Source of the DNA: Octopus bimaculoides | Lineage: Eukaryota | Length of the DNA: 64,000 nucleotides | Assembly (NCBI RefSeq): GCF_001194135.2 | Contig: NC_068985.1 | Coordinates: forward strand, 124,579,418 to 124,643,417 | Reading direction: 5' to 3' | Shown: in pieces, positions 1-13,734 of the stretch | How positions within the stretch are numbered: the first letter of the stretch is position 1 | How the letters are laid out: each line of letters starts with the position of its first letter | The notes under the pieces: model-generated | Told to the model about the DNA's origin: nothing | The model's database searches: none | Seen by the model: only the letters and a program-made list of their open reading frames with translations | Position numbers and translations under genes: made by a program

Positions 1-27
1 ATATATACATGTATACATATATATATA

Positions 28-241
28 CAGTGTACATTTAATCACATAAGAGGTATCCGTCATAGGATTCCTGGCATGCTAGAAGGAATAGCCAAAGTCC
101 CTCCAGGAGATAGATGATAAATGTTTTTATTTTTCTTTCCCTTCTAATTTTATCCCTAATAGTGGTTTGGATTTTGTCTATTCCTTCTAGCGTGACAGGA
201 ATCCTATGACAGATACCTCTTATGTGTTTAAATGTACACTG
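28..241. mobile_element. Tc1/mariner-type MITE (about 75-bp TIRs, TA target)
   Basis: 28-~100 (CAGTGTACATTTAATCACATAAGAGGTATCCGTCATAGGATTCCTG...) is the near-perfect reverse complement of ~167-241. TA on both sides, no ORF. Confidence 0.8.
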
Positions 242-468
242 TATTTATATGAATAATATATAGTCTATTGACTAATTTTTCTACATGTAGGCCACTGGTA
301 GTAGAAATTTCTAAAATTTTTATTACCCTGATGTTATTAATTATATATATATANNNNNNNNNNNNNNNNNNNNNNNNNNNNNNNNNNNNNNNNNNNNNNN
401 NNNNNNNNNNNNNNNNNNNNNNNNNNNNNNNNNNNNNNNNNNNNNNNNNNNNNNNNNNNTATATATAC

Positions 469-507
<39 letters not shown>

Positions 508-514
508 CACATGT

Positions 515-900
515 GCCAGAGTGGCGGTGTGGTAAGTAGCTTGCTTACCAACCACATAGTTCCGGGTTCAGTCCCACTGCATGGTACCTTGGGTAAGTGT
601 CTTCTATTATAGCTTCGGGCTGACCAGAGCCTTGTGAGTGGATTTCGTTGACAGAAACTAAAAGAAGCCCATCGTATGTGTGTGTGTGTGTGTTTGTGTG
701 TCTGTGTTTGTCCCCTCCCCCCACCATCGCCACTTGACAACCAATGTCGGTGTGTTTACGTCCCCATATCTTACCAGTTTGGCAGAAGAGACAGATAGAA
801 TAAGTACCAGGCTTACAAAAAATAAGTCCTGGGTCCATTTGTTCGACTTAACGCAGTGCTCCAGCATGGCTGCAGTCAAATGATTGAAACAAATAAAAGA
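515..900 (+). mobile_element. tRNA-derived SINE (octopus-type, with internal CA/TG tract)
   Basis: A-box-like GTGGCGGTGTGGTAAG, B-box-like GGTTCAGTCCC, body GGTAAGTGTCTTCTATTATAGC. Related copies at ~29365, 33160, 38400 and 43930. Confidence 0.75.
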
Positions 901-3419
901 ATACACATATATATATACATGCATGCACACACACACACACACATACGTATGTATTTGTGTTTCCACGTGTCTTTATATTGACACTGTTTGAACCATAGAA
1001 TCATTTCTTCACATCTTCCATGAAAGTGTAGCTCAGCACTTTTATCAGTTTCAAAATTTGAAGACCAGCCAATTAAAAATATCTTAGTTGAAACAACAAC
1101 AGGAAGGACTTCCAGTCATAGAACACTCAATAAATATCTTCCGACCCATGTCAGTATGGTAAAAATAGATGTGAAAAACAACACAGCTCCTCTCACTCTG
1201 CTTTCCCTATACATCGATAATGTTGAACAATAATGAGGATTTTAACTCAGGGAGTTGAGGGATGAAACTAAATAACATATATACTCTCTTCTCCCACCAT
1301 GCCTGCCAACTCCCACCCACTCACTCACTCTTGTTAATAATACTCCTTAATGCTAACAAGCTACTGATTAGTATAGGATATGAAACTGCATGTTCGTACT
1401 TGCAGTCATAACTGCCTCTCCTTTATATATTAGTGTCCCCTTGGGATCTTGTTTCCCCTCTCTCATTCTGTTTCTCTCTTCCTCCCTCACTCTCTCTTTC
1501 CCTTTTTGTCTTTTTTTTTATTCAAGATTGGGAGGAGTTTTGTTTTGGTTAGCTGTTAATAGTTTAGATTATATCTATGTGCATGTCTCTTTGTGTGTGC
1601 TTGTATGTACAAGTTTTATAACGTATCTGTTTATATGTGTATGTGCTTTGTGTGGAGAAGAGAAGGGGCAGCTGTAATTGTTTTTACTTGCAACTGTTTT
1701 GTGGTACAAATATCGATTTGATTTAAAGGATGGTTTACTGGAGAATGATGTTGTGTATGTATATGCATATGTGCATACATACATACATGCATGCACATGC
1801 CTTAAAATAGGTCAACCGAATGGAGAACGTGTTTTTTAACAATGTTTTTTAGTGTAGTGTTTTCATTCAAAGAGGAAATGATTGAGCTTCCATGCAGTAG
1901 CCCTAGTTTCTAGAAATAGCAGCAAAATTGCCTCAAATCATGTTATTTTTAAGAAGAAAAGAGAGAACATGTCAGATAATTTAGTCCCTGGCATACAAAA
2001 GGTTCATTGCTGAAACACCTTTAATAATAGATCTATCCAATCTGGATTGGACAGGGTCTAAACAACAGCTTGAGTTGGTGAGTCAATAAGCTGCCACTTT
2101 AGCAGTTGATGGATTGGCAAAGGAAGGGGAAAGGGTTGAAACTGGTTACTGGCGCTGCATTCTATTAAAATCAAAGGCAATTACCTCGCAGCATCATAAT
2201 CCATCTATTTGTAAATAGATGCCTATTGTGTACTACTGCTCTCTGTTTTAAAGTAGCGAATGTTGCATAGAAATTAAGGAATTTTCCATTAGTTTGTAGA
2301 AGTGAACTCAACTTTTGCTACAGTAAGTGGGAGTGTAACTTGAAGAGGGTACGGGCTCCTTTTGTTTGATTTGCCTAAGATACATTGAATCCACCCATTG
2401 GATAGTGAATGCCCAAGTGGATAATGAAAAATCTCTGCCTCCACCACTAGATTCAAGGTGAAAGGAAATTGCTCATAACTTGTTTGGGATATGACTTAGA
2501 CAGAAGATGGCCTTTCCACACATGGCAAGACATCCAAGCCTAGTCAGAAGAAGAAGAAGGAACTACAACTCAGTTTGGAATCTGGCTCTAATACCTGTAA
2601 AAGAATCATTTCGCTATTGGCACATAATGGGCCAGTGGTGGCATTAAATTGAGTGACAGTATCTACTTTCCAATGGGCTTCCATGCAGTTTCTATCTTCC
2701 TAATTTCACTCACATGGTTTGTGTCAAGGTGCTGTACAGCAGGATCCAACTTGGAATCACAAGCTTACAAAGGAAATTGCTCTACCATACAGCCGTACCT
2801 GAAAATTGTTACAGTTGATGTAGATTCTGAAGAATTAGAGGTTCATATGTATTATAGAAACGCATCTGAAGAAAATGAGCTGAAATAAGGCATTGATTTT
2901 CGATATAACAGCTTACACATAATGTTATATTACTAACATTAGGAAAGGCAAAGGGTATATAGGATGGAATGTGGAACAGTAGTATCAACAAAAGGGTTTC
3001 ACTGTAGATACAGCTTCCATATGGTCTTGTGCCTCTGAATCCAGCTAGCTCTTATTCTCATGCAGCCAACGTTGAGTGGTATATTCCCTACTAGGTAATG
3101 ACTTAGCAGCTATAAATGATAAAAGCTTACTATCATCAATATCTGATGATAAGTTGAGAAATGCTAAAGTTATACCATTTAGTCTACATTTCGAGTTCGA
3201 ATACAAATAGGATTCACTCTGCCTTTTAATCCCTCCGTTGTCATTAACATTAGCACCAGTGATACACTAAGATCGATTTAGCCACTTCCATACAAATCTG
3301 TGGCCTCCTACCAATGTAAAATTGTTTTAGGACAAGGCACCGAATTAGCTTTGTTTGCAGAGAATGAAACTATAGCTGGGTTGAAGAGAATATCTCTTTA
3401 TTACTGGTAGTTACTTTTA

Positions 3420-3479
3420 TTCACACTCACTCACCTGCCCACACTCTTTCTGCATAGCAGTTGTTGTTTGTCATACAGA

Positions 3480-3510
<31 letters not shown>

Positions 3511-3985
3511 CCACACTGGAGCAAGAGAAAGAGAGAGTGGGAAACAGCAAGGGTACAAAAGAGAGCGAGAGGGAGATGGTGGTGAAGTGCAAAGACATTC
3601 TCACAAGGAAACGGGGATCAGAATATAATTGGGAATGGTAAAGAAAGAGAGAGATAGGTGATGGCAAGTAGCAGAGCATACCCCCAAGGTATGGACAGCA
3701 TATATAAGTGGCAGGGTATTGCCAAAGAAGCATAAGGGCCAAGAGTAGTGCAGTGACTGGTGAACACCTGGGTATAAAGAGGGGGTGAGGATTATGGGAT
3801 AGCAGTGATACAGTGAGCAGGGCCATAAGGACAGGACAAGATATAAGCCTAGTGCATGGAGAGGAAATGAGAGGAAGGGAAGAGATGTAGTTTGGTTGGT
3901 TGGGGTAGGATGTGTGTGGAAAGTTTTGTTGTTATGTGTTGGTGAAACACACAGCACTTCTAGAACTCAGTTTCACTGATGTCCA
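3420..3985 (-). mobile_element. RTE-LINE 3' UTR remnant
   Basis: Reverse complement resembles 25590-26100 (CATCAGTGAAACTGAGTTCTAGAAG...), which follows an RTE coding end. Confidence 0.55.
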
Positions 3986-5349
3986 GACTGAGTTCTAGCT
4001 GCTGCAATATGAAAGATATCTCAAGATAATCTCTATGACTCATACAAGTGGTAGAATTTATCTGTTTCCCACTTTAATTCTGGCACTTGGTTGATTTTAA
4101 TGGAGCCCACTGTGTTGCAATCATTCAGACTAGTTCTTCCTCTCTTCCTCCTACACCAGACTCAAGATCACTTTAAAATATCATGGACACCACCCTTCCT
4201 CCTTTGAATAAGATATTTTTTTTTTAAAACCATTCACAAAAAGCCTCTGACATTCATCCATCTAATATTTGGGACAATCTTCTTGATTCGAGGAAATCTT
4301 TTGTTTTGATTCCCCAAATAGATTACAGTATAATTATAATTCTGTTGGTGTCATAAAGAAAATTCTTTTACTTTTTTGAAATAGTTGATAAAATGTAAAT
4401 TGTTCGTGAATATGTTATATAATAAACCATCAGAAGGCATAAGAGCCACAATGCAACATGCACTACAAACAAAAACATATATAAAGAAAATGTATGAATT
4501 GTTAATTGGGAACCATTGAGCTACATAAATGAAACATTCAACATTCAATTTTATAACAATCTCTTGTCACTTCCTTTCTCTGTGTAGCAGTGGCTCACAG
4601 ACTCACTGATTAGATTTCCCTTTAAAAATATAAATATTTAATGAAGCAGCTATTGTTTGCACTTATGAAAGATAATGTGTTTTACGAGAGAATAAAAATT
4701 AAAGTATCTATAAAAAGAGAAAGAAAAACACCTTTCTATCCATTACGCAGTATTTAAAAGGTTTGTTGATGATAGGTGTGGCATTCATTTAGTTATGAAT
4801 GAAGCATACACTTCCATTAATTTCTATTTGGTAATATGTGTTCTAATGAGGCGATTACATATCATAACATGTAATTTATTAAATGCAATATATATCTATG
4901 TAAATATTTATTAAACTAAAATTTTTTTTTTTTTTTACATAATTAAATTTTTATGTTTTTACATGGGCTGGTCTTTTTTTTTTTTTTTTTTGTCTGAGTT
5001 ATTTTGTCGATTTCTTCTCACTGAAGGAATTGAATTTTGGTGATTATTTTCTTTAACCATTACTTTCCCTAATAGTTGCTTTGTTTACTACCAGGTACAT
5101 TAATGGCTATAATCTGCATGTGTCATCATAATTATTTCATGTCCAATTTGCCTGGATTTGACAGGTCTTCTCCACCACTGCATCACATCTATTGCGCTAC
5201 TTTTTAATTTTCTTCATGAGATTTAGCATCCTAAGACTAACCTTCAGCATTTCTGTTCTTATCTTTCTAAGTGTTCCTCATCCCCATGTCCATATTAGTT
5301 CAATTTTCTTTTTTACATACTGCAGTCAGTTCCTCTTACACCCAGATTG

Positions 5350-6660
5350 ATAGCAAAGAAAGAGACATTTGTAATGATCAAAGACCATTAACCAAACTTT
5401 GCTTCTAACCCCAAATGCCATTTGATCAACCTTGCAAAGTCTGAGATTGGCTTCGTAAGCAAGTAGCTGATTAGAAGGATCAACAATGAGGCCTCACTCT
5501 CTGGTATAACACCAACAAGGTCATCACATGGTTTAAAACCAACAGCAGCAGGAGTAGATCAAGGTTTACCTAATTTGATATTGTGGATTGTTGCCTGTCT
5601 GCATCAAAGGTGTTATTGTATAGGGCACTGGATTTGGTAGTATCTATACTGAGATTAGAGATGAAGATGAAAGCATTATCATGCATGCCAGAAAGACTCT
5701 ACTCATCAACAAGGGTTTGGCTTGGACCAAATGCTCTAGACCAGAAGGCTCATTTGATTTAGCAAGGGGGGCATTTCATGAGGCTGACGTGTATGATTTT
5801 ATTGGGTGTTTATTTTTTTTTGTCCTGAGCTTACTTAATAAGTTCCCTTCTACTAGCTTTGCTCTCTACAGGTACAATGCTTTGACAATATCAAGAGGAG
5901 TGAATTATCATACATGCAATAGACTTAGGAAGGACCTCCCTTTCCATGAATTCTCTTGAGCCCAAGATCACAATAGAAACCAACACGAAGACAGTTAATT
6001 TTCTTCATATGACATTGAACTTGGAATCCAGTGCCTATAGGTTCTTTAGGAAACTGAATGAGAGGCTGACATACGTTAACACAACTTTCTGTCATCCAGC
6101 CATAGTGTTCAGGAACCTAGTAAAGGGGGTCAGCAGAAAAATCTCTAGCTTGTCTTCAAGTAAACAGTTTTGATGTCACTGCCCCCTACTATAATGAAGT
6201 TCTAATTGTCAGCAGCTTTAAGGATAGGATTAGTTACATGCTAGATCCTAACCCCTTCTAAGAAAGAAAAAATGCACCACCAGAAAGTTTTGTGGTTCAG
6301 ACCCACTTTCTCCCTAAAGAGAAGTAAGTTTTTCTTTAGATTAGTGGATAAATACTTTCCTCATATGAATAGGTTCTGTAAAACTTTTGATTGTCATACC
6401 TGAAGAGTTTCTTTTCGCTGTGCACCTAATGTGAAAAAATATATCATTAAGTAGGCCCACACCTGAAGCAGAGTTAGAATGCTCATGCAGAGGCAACATA
6501 GAGACACTTGTATATGAGGCAGGGGTAACATCAAAGAGCCCCAGTGTCAAATATGGGAAAGTTTATGGACACAACAGAATGTCCTTACAGAGCCAAATTT
6601 AACATTTTATTAATGAAGTAAATAAGTGTTATTATCATGGATGCTGTTCCAAATGCTAGT
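5350..6660 (+). mobile_element. Decayed Penelope-like element (RT and start of GIY-YIG), old family
   Basis: Frameshifted translations KDH*PNFASNPKCHLINLAKSEIG, HARKTLLINKGLAWTK...FDLARGAF, KITIETNTKTVNFLHMTLNL...HPAIVFRNLVKGVSRKISSLSS match PLE RT motifs recalled from knowledge. Many stops. Confidence 0.8.
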
Positions 6661-7289
6661 CTGCAAATGAGGTATATCATCTTGTGTAGAACAGGCATAA
6701 GTAAACAGAGATGTTTCTTCAGTAAAAATCTCAAATAATTGACTGTGTGTTATGTAATGGATAAATAGCTAATTAAAATAAAGCCTGTATTATGTAATAG
6801 AGTAAATATTTATTTAAAACAAAGCCTGTCATCAATAATTAAAAAAAAAAACCTCTCCTCAAAATGATATTTCTCCCTTCAGTGCTCTAACATACTCTTT
6901 GTATTAACAGTGAAGAATGTCTAAGAAGCCCTTTGACTGCAGGTAAAATTTTACCTACCTTTAAATTTGAGACTGCCATTAACAAATTTCTCTACAACCC
7001 TATATGAAAGAAAAAAGGTTCAAGCCTTCAAACCAAGCAAGTAATTTAATATAGATTAGATACCTATCAATTTGTAAAATTAAAGGGACATTAGTTTTTT
7101 CAGTACATATGTGTACTGAAAATACCTGCAAGTGTACAGGTTCTTGTACACTTGCAGTTCACTCTGAATATTAAAAAGACCCCTTACCTGCTCCACTGTC
7201 ACAGAACCTGCTAGAAATATGAACTTAATCTCCTTTAAATCACTTAAAATCATTTTTGAAAAAAATACAAGGATACATTAAATAATGTA

Positions 7290-7488
7290 TTTACATTATT
7301 TACATTTGATGGATATTTGTCCTCAACGTTTTGGCTGATATACCCTCCAGCCTTCATCAGGTGTTTTGGGGAAATTTCGAACCTGGGTTCTCATTCCTAA
7401 GGTATTTTTCGATGTTGGATATATGGCGTAGTGGTTAAGAGCACGGGCTACTAACCCCAAGATTCCGAGTTCGATTCTAGGCAGTGAT

Positions 7489-7522
<34 letters not shown>

Positions 7523-7695
7523 TCGAAAAATACCTTAGGAATGAGAACCCAGGTTCGAAATTTCCCCAAGACACATGATGAAGGCTGGAGGGTATATCAG
7601 CCGAAACATTGTGTTAACAACAAACAAGATGAGGACAAATATCTGTCAAATGTAAATAATGTAAATAATTCCTCATCTCTTAAATATAGAACTGT
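7290..7695 (+). mobile_element. Non-autonomous PLE-derived element A: inverted pLTR arm + tRNA head + (AAT)n + forward pLTR arm
   Basis: Arms ~7290-7416 and ~7521-7680 are inverted. Head TGGCGTAGTGG...GTTCGATTC at ~7417-7490. 13-bp TSD ATTAAATAATGTA at 7277-7289 and 7696-7708. Confidence 0.85.
7570..7615 (+). ncRNA. Degenerate type-I hammerhead ribozyme (element A forward arm)
   Basis: GACAC-ATGATGA-A-GGCTG..CAGCC-GAAAC-ATT-GTGTT: core C3 changed to A and stem III G changed to A versus the intact copy at 18278. Confidence 0.6.
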
Positions 7696-8569
7696 ATTAA
7701 ATAATGTAGTTTATAGATATATTGTGTATAAAAAACAAAAGAAAAGGTGATGGTCCAGGCCAGAATTCCTTTGAAGTCTGCTTAATCATGGTTGACCTAG
7801 TGTTCAGCAACAACAATTTCATTCGTTTTGACTTTCACTAAATTGGCATTTGCTAACATAAGCCTTTTCTATTAGTCTCTATAAATTTTCACCCTACCTT
7901 GCTTTGGATCCATAATTGCTGCAGATTTTGGCCTGCAACAGTTTAAATAGAACATTGATGGTATCAAGCTCTCCAGCTGTTAAGAACAGTGAGACTAGTG
8001 AGTTTGATGTCATTAGTGTTCATGGAAATTATCTCTTCCTCCAGACTTAGCAAATATAAAAGAAATGGGCTTGCTACTGTTTCTTATAGTGTCTTAGATG
8101 GGACCTACACCAATTCAGATCAGCCACAGCTGATTTCTTCTAGAAAGAGAGAACTGGTACTTTATTAATTGACCTCTTGGGCAGGACTACTCCCTCATTT
8201 ATTGAACCTCGAAAGAATGAAAAGCAAAGTCAATGTCAGTGGAACTTGAACTCAGAATGCATAGAGCTAGAATGTCTCAAAGTATTCTATATGATGCTCT
8301 AATGACTCGCAATATGCAGCCCATGAGGTCTTGTAATCATCAATGGTTTAATTAAATCTGTTTTTTGAAGAAGTTTTCTGTAGAGCTTCCCAATTAAGAG
8401 GTCCCCATAGGAACATTGTGTATATGTACATATGTGAGTCTTTAAAACATGTAATCACATGACTATCTATCAGCTCTCAAACTGAAAATGAAGCAATGGT
8501 TTTTGCCATGTGTTAATTGATGCTCTACAGAACAGCTTGCCACCCTGTTTGTCGGTCACAGGCGTGCAC

Positions 8570-8666
8570 GCACACACACACGCACACACACACACACCAA
8601 CCACCTTACTACAATAATCATCCACCCACTTATTCACCTATCTGCTGTCAGTCACTACTTTACTCA

Positions 8667-8701
<35 letters not shown>

Positions 8702-9007
8702 GCTAAAACTGGCCACAACTATTTTTTCAAGCACTTTAAATGAACTGGTGATGTTGATGACAACGGTAGTGCTGTTGGTGATGCTGATGTTGGTGAGAGT
8801 GGTGGTGTTGTTGTTGTTGTTGTTGTTGGAGGTGGTGAGTGTGAGAGGAGGTGCCAGAGAAACAATTGATTTTATTTTGTCCTCTTGTGATTGGATTGAT
8901 ATAAGCCAACTGTCCAAATTGGACTTGGGGTGGGAGATGAGTCGGGTAGAGGTGGATTTGGGTGTGCAAATGTTACAGTGGGCAGGGGAGAGGGTGGACG
9001 TGAGACA

Positions 9008-9052
<45 letters not shown>

Positions 9053-9345
9053 TGAGTAAAAGAGAAAGAGAGAGAGAGACAGAGACAATGACAATAGGTG
9101 GAGTGTGAGTGATAAGAGTGAATGGTTAATGAAGAGCATAAATAGGAAAAAAGCTCATGAAAATAGTGATCTGAGGAGCCGATGATGAGGATGATGATGA
9201 TGATGATGACAGTGATGATGATGACAGTGATGATGATGGTGATGAAGATGATGATGGTGATGATGGTGATGATGATGGTGATGATGATGACAGTGATGAT
9301 GATGACAGTGATGATTATGATGGTGATGATGATGTAATGATGATG

Positions 9346-9377
<32 letters not shown>

Positions 9378-9799
9378 GGTGATGATGATGATGATGATGG
9401 TGATGATGGTGATGATGATGATGATGACTGATGATTATGATGGTGATGATGATGATGATGATGACAGTGATGATTATGATGATGATGATGGTGGTGAGGA
9501 TGACTGTGGTGATGATCATGATGGCTGTTACATATGATGTTGATGGATTTTCTATGCAACAATCAAAAGCAAATGAATGAATGAATAAATAAATACACTG
9601 AAAGAAAATCTGCAACCTTTTTGTACGGTGGGTGGTGGCGGGGAGTGGACGTTTATTTATTTTTTTTTACTTTGTGTTCATTTATATTTGTTTATCTGTT
9701 TGTTGTATATCCTTTTATCATTGTGATAAATTTGATGTTTACTGATGTGTTTATGTATATCTCTTGCTCTCTCTCTCTCGCTCTCTCTCTCTCTCGCTC

Positions 9800-9835
<36 letters not shown>

Positions 9836-11270
9836 CACAAATGCATACATGCATTTACTTCCACACAATCATATAAGATTACTCATAAACCCATTAACAC
9901 ACCCTCACAAACTCATGCACACACACACATACACACACACACACACACACATACACACACACTGATACAATCACACACACACACTCTCTCTCTATACTCT
10001 CATTCATTCACTCAAACATAGAAATATACACATATTGTATACAGTCACTTTAATCCGACACACACATTGGTACACCCATACACACATATATACACACTAT
10101 ACTACATATTACACATTGTCATCAATATGTGATGGAAGGTATTCCATACTTGTCCAGGTGGGTGGTGGAAAGGGGTAAATCAGGTTATGTATGTGTTTTA
10201 TTTCTGTTTCTGTTTTTTTCTTGAATTTCCATCTATCCATCAATAGAAGGAAGAAATATATGTACATATGTGAATAGATATGTATATATACATGTATGTA
10301 TGTATGTATGTATGTATGTATGTATGTACGTACGTATGTATGTATGCATGTATGTATGCATGTATGTATGCATGTATGCATGTATGCATGTATGTGTGTG
10401 TGTATGTGTGTGTGTGTCTGTCTGCTGTATGTGATAGCGGCAAAGGTACAATTGACAGAAACAGTAAATGTTTATGAGAGCATGTTGACTGGACCAGACT
10501 GGATAGGATCAGGCTAGACAAAGCCACCAAACAAAATTGACCAGACAAAACAAATGCACATCTGATCTAAACTAATACTGTGGGTTTGGATGTTCAGTCA
10601 CCACAAGCATACCCTGCCTCTTGATTATCTAACTGTCTGTCTAACTAGCTAGATAGCCATCCATCTATCTCTCCATTTGTCTACCCTTCCATCTAACTAT
10701 CCTTTCATTTATCTACCCTTCCATCTATCTATCTTTCTATCTGTCAATCTTTATATCTATTTATCCTTCTATCTATCCATCTATATATCTATCCTTCTAT
10801 CTGTCCATCCACTTATCTATCAGTTGAACTGTCTTATCCTTCTACCTGTTCATCTATCTGTCCATTTTTCTATCCATCCCTCTCTCTCTATATATATATA
10901 TATATATCCACCCATCCATCCAGGTAGCTAACATTTCATCCTTTTATTTATCTATCTTTCCATCCATTCATCCAGCTAGCTGACTATCCTTCCATCTTTC
11001 CATCCATCCATCCATTTTTCCATCCATCTATCCACCTTTTTGATAGACTGATTTAAGATTTTTACTTCAAACTTTGTTTCTCTTCCACCCATCATAACAC
11101 ACATTCACGCGCCACTCTCACACACATGCACACCCCATACACACTCACACACCAGATACACATCCATCACGTCACACACACCACACACACCAGATACACA
11201 TCCATCACGTCACACACACACCACACACACCAGATACACATCCATCACATCACGTTACACACACACAAAC
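8570..11270. repeat. Microsatellite mosaic: (CA)n, (CT)n, (GAT)n 9180-9535, (TATG)n, (TCTA/TCCA)n, and a ~38-bp x3 minisatellite at 11145-11255
   Basis: Directly visible simple repeats. They explain the poly-H/poly-M/poly-D ORFs in the track. Confidence 0.95.
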
Positions 11271-11865
11271 TGTCCATTATTTGAAACACTGCACGGAAGT
11301 ACCAGGATCATATTTTATTTAATCAAACTTGGATACTAGCCTAAACTTCCCTGGATTTTCCATGATTTATTCTAAATCTTTCTTGGACCTTTACTAACTG
11401 AACTTCTCTTAGGTCTTTCTTGGATCTTACCCTAAACTTATCCTGGATCTCTGCTAGCCCTTAACAAGAGATCTGTCTTATCCGTTTCCGGAGTTTACCT
11501 GCACTTGTCTTTTTTTCTTTTATTTTTACACTTCTTGATTTAAAAAGTTATAATCAGTTGGGTGGGGGGTATTATTTTTAATTTGTGTGTGTATATGTAT
11601 ATGAATTTCTCTTATCCTTCGTTCCAGGCACCTTTCTTTTTATGTCCCTACTTACCCATCCCCTATTTCTTTCTTACTTTGCTGGCACATCCTCAATATT
11701 GATGACAATACCTTGCCTAAGATCTTTCACCAAATGTTTGGGCCTTCAAGATGTTCTGGTCGTTAAGGGGTAATTAAATGATTTTTTTTTTTTTTTCATT
11801 TTTACATGCTGACATTTTTTGTTAAATATTTATTTTAACATTTTTGTTAATAATTGTTGTTGCTG

Positions 11866-11897
<32 letters not shown>

Positions 11898-13734
11898 GAC
11901 ACATGCCTAGTGGTTAGAATGTTCATGAGTTTTAGAAGGCTCACATAAGGTTACAAGTTTGATTCCTGGACTGGTTGGTACATTGTGTCTTTGAGCAAGC
12001 CTCTCCATTTCACTTAATTCCAGTCTACTCAGTTGAAAATGAATACCAGCCCCGTACTAATACAGCCCTTGCCACCTCCAGCTGTTCCATCCTCATTATT
12101 TCACTGAATCAAGGGCAGGGGATCCAAGCAGATGCCTTTGCTCACAAAAACAATTAGCAAAAACATGGTACTTGCTACTAGGTCATCCTCACATGTGGAT
12201 GATTGCTATATTTTTGTTTGTTTATTTGCTTTCTGTTTAGTTTTTTTTTTTTTATCAAAGGTTAATTGTGATTATTAATCTCCTGGTCATCCTTGACTGG
12301 GGTGTCCTTGTCTTGTTTAAAATGAAAAAGTGTGATGTAGATGAGATTTAGCTTCTATGTTTAGCAGGTCAAATGACCACAAGTGACTCATTCCTTCCCT
12401 CATTAAATTCTCTAAGGCTTATGTGAATGGCAGGTGTGGTGTAGCACCAGACAAAAGATCTTACTGTAATATAATTTCAACCCTTTATTTTCACCATCAT
12501 CATCATCATCTCATCTTCATCATAGTCGTATTAGATCCACTTTTCCTGCATCGGTCGAACAGGTCATCAGTTCTTATTTGTAGTTTTTGTTTTAGATAAG
12601 TCAGAGGACCAGATCTCACTTGTATGTTCCATATTTGACCTGGTTTCTATTGTTGAATTCCCCTCCTAACACCAACCACTTTATAGAGTGTACTGAGTGT
12701 ATTTTATTGTAGGACCAGCACATGATGTGTGTTCAAATTCTATCAGTATTCACTTTCTCTTTCTTGACATACAATAAACAGCAGTGCAATGTTGAGGTTG
12801 ATCCCACTAACTCTCCATAAATGATATAAACCTAAAGGATATAAAACCCTTAAAAGACTAACCTTTTCTTATAAAGTTACAAGATAGTTCAAGACTTAAA
12901 ACCAAAGCAACAATTTAAAATTACCTTTCTATGAATTTGTTAAATTAGCAATTCATTATTGTTTTCAGCACAGATGTATCACCACCACAGAATCGTTTGT
13001 ATTGAGTACTTGCTACTGATACTAAAAAGTTTCCTCTACTACTGATCTAAGATACTCGGGCCATGACCATCTCGTCTTGTTTTTTATATTTATTTCTTAT
13101 CTTTTGCAAAACACTGTGTTAAGAATATTTGTCTTGCCTATGCAAATATGAGAAAAGACATAAAATGGTAATGTTGATGCAGGTACCCTGTTATACTTTA
13201 TCTAATGTCTCCTTTTTTTTTTAAGAGAGTAGAATGTGGTTCAAGGAAGATTTAGCTGTTGTTTCTAGCAAGTTGAGTGTGTTGGCTCATGTAGTTGTCG
13301 GTTGAATGATTGTGATCCGCAGAGAGATTCCACTGTTTAAACATGGTTGAGAGCCACATTACACACTCTTGATATGCAGTACCATATTATTGGAGATTCA
13401 CTGCCTATCATTCTCAGTTGAACAGCTTGTCTGAAATTTGTTTTTGATTATAAACATTGTTGAAAACACTTGTTCACAATGATAAGTGGATGTGAACAGC
13501 AAAAGGCTTTCCACATATTTTCTAGACATATAATTTTTGTTTAGTTGGTTGTGTTTACTTCAAAATTTCTGTTTTTTTACAAGCTTCACATACCCCAGTT
13601 CGAGAATCCCTGTTTTAGACTCTCAGTGTGAAATGCTATACGTTGCTGATGAGATTAGCTTAAGGCCAAAACATGCCCAGGTAAATAGTATTTAGTTTTT
13701 TCCTAACCTATTATATATATATATATATATATAT

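Noticed and set aside
2649-3094. Protein-like short frames and splice-like sites on both strands
   Set aside because: Could not be joined into a consistent exon chain or recognised.
7417-7490. Functional tRNA gene (also at 18400-18550 and 59705)
   Set aside because: The acceptor stem does not pair and the head is embedded in a mobile repeat, so it is treated as a tRNA-derived promoter.
8872-9615. Long ORFs rich in H, I, M and D
   Set aside because: They are translations of (GAT)n and (CA)n microsatellites, with no splice or homology support.
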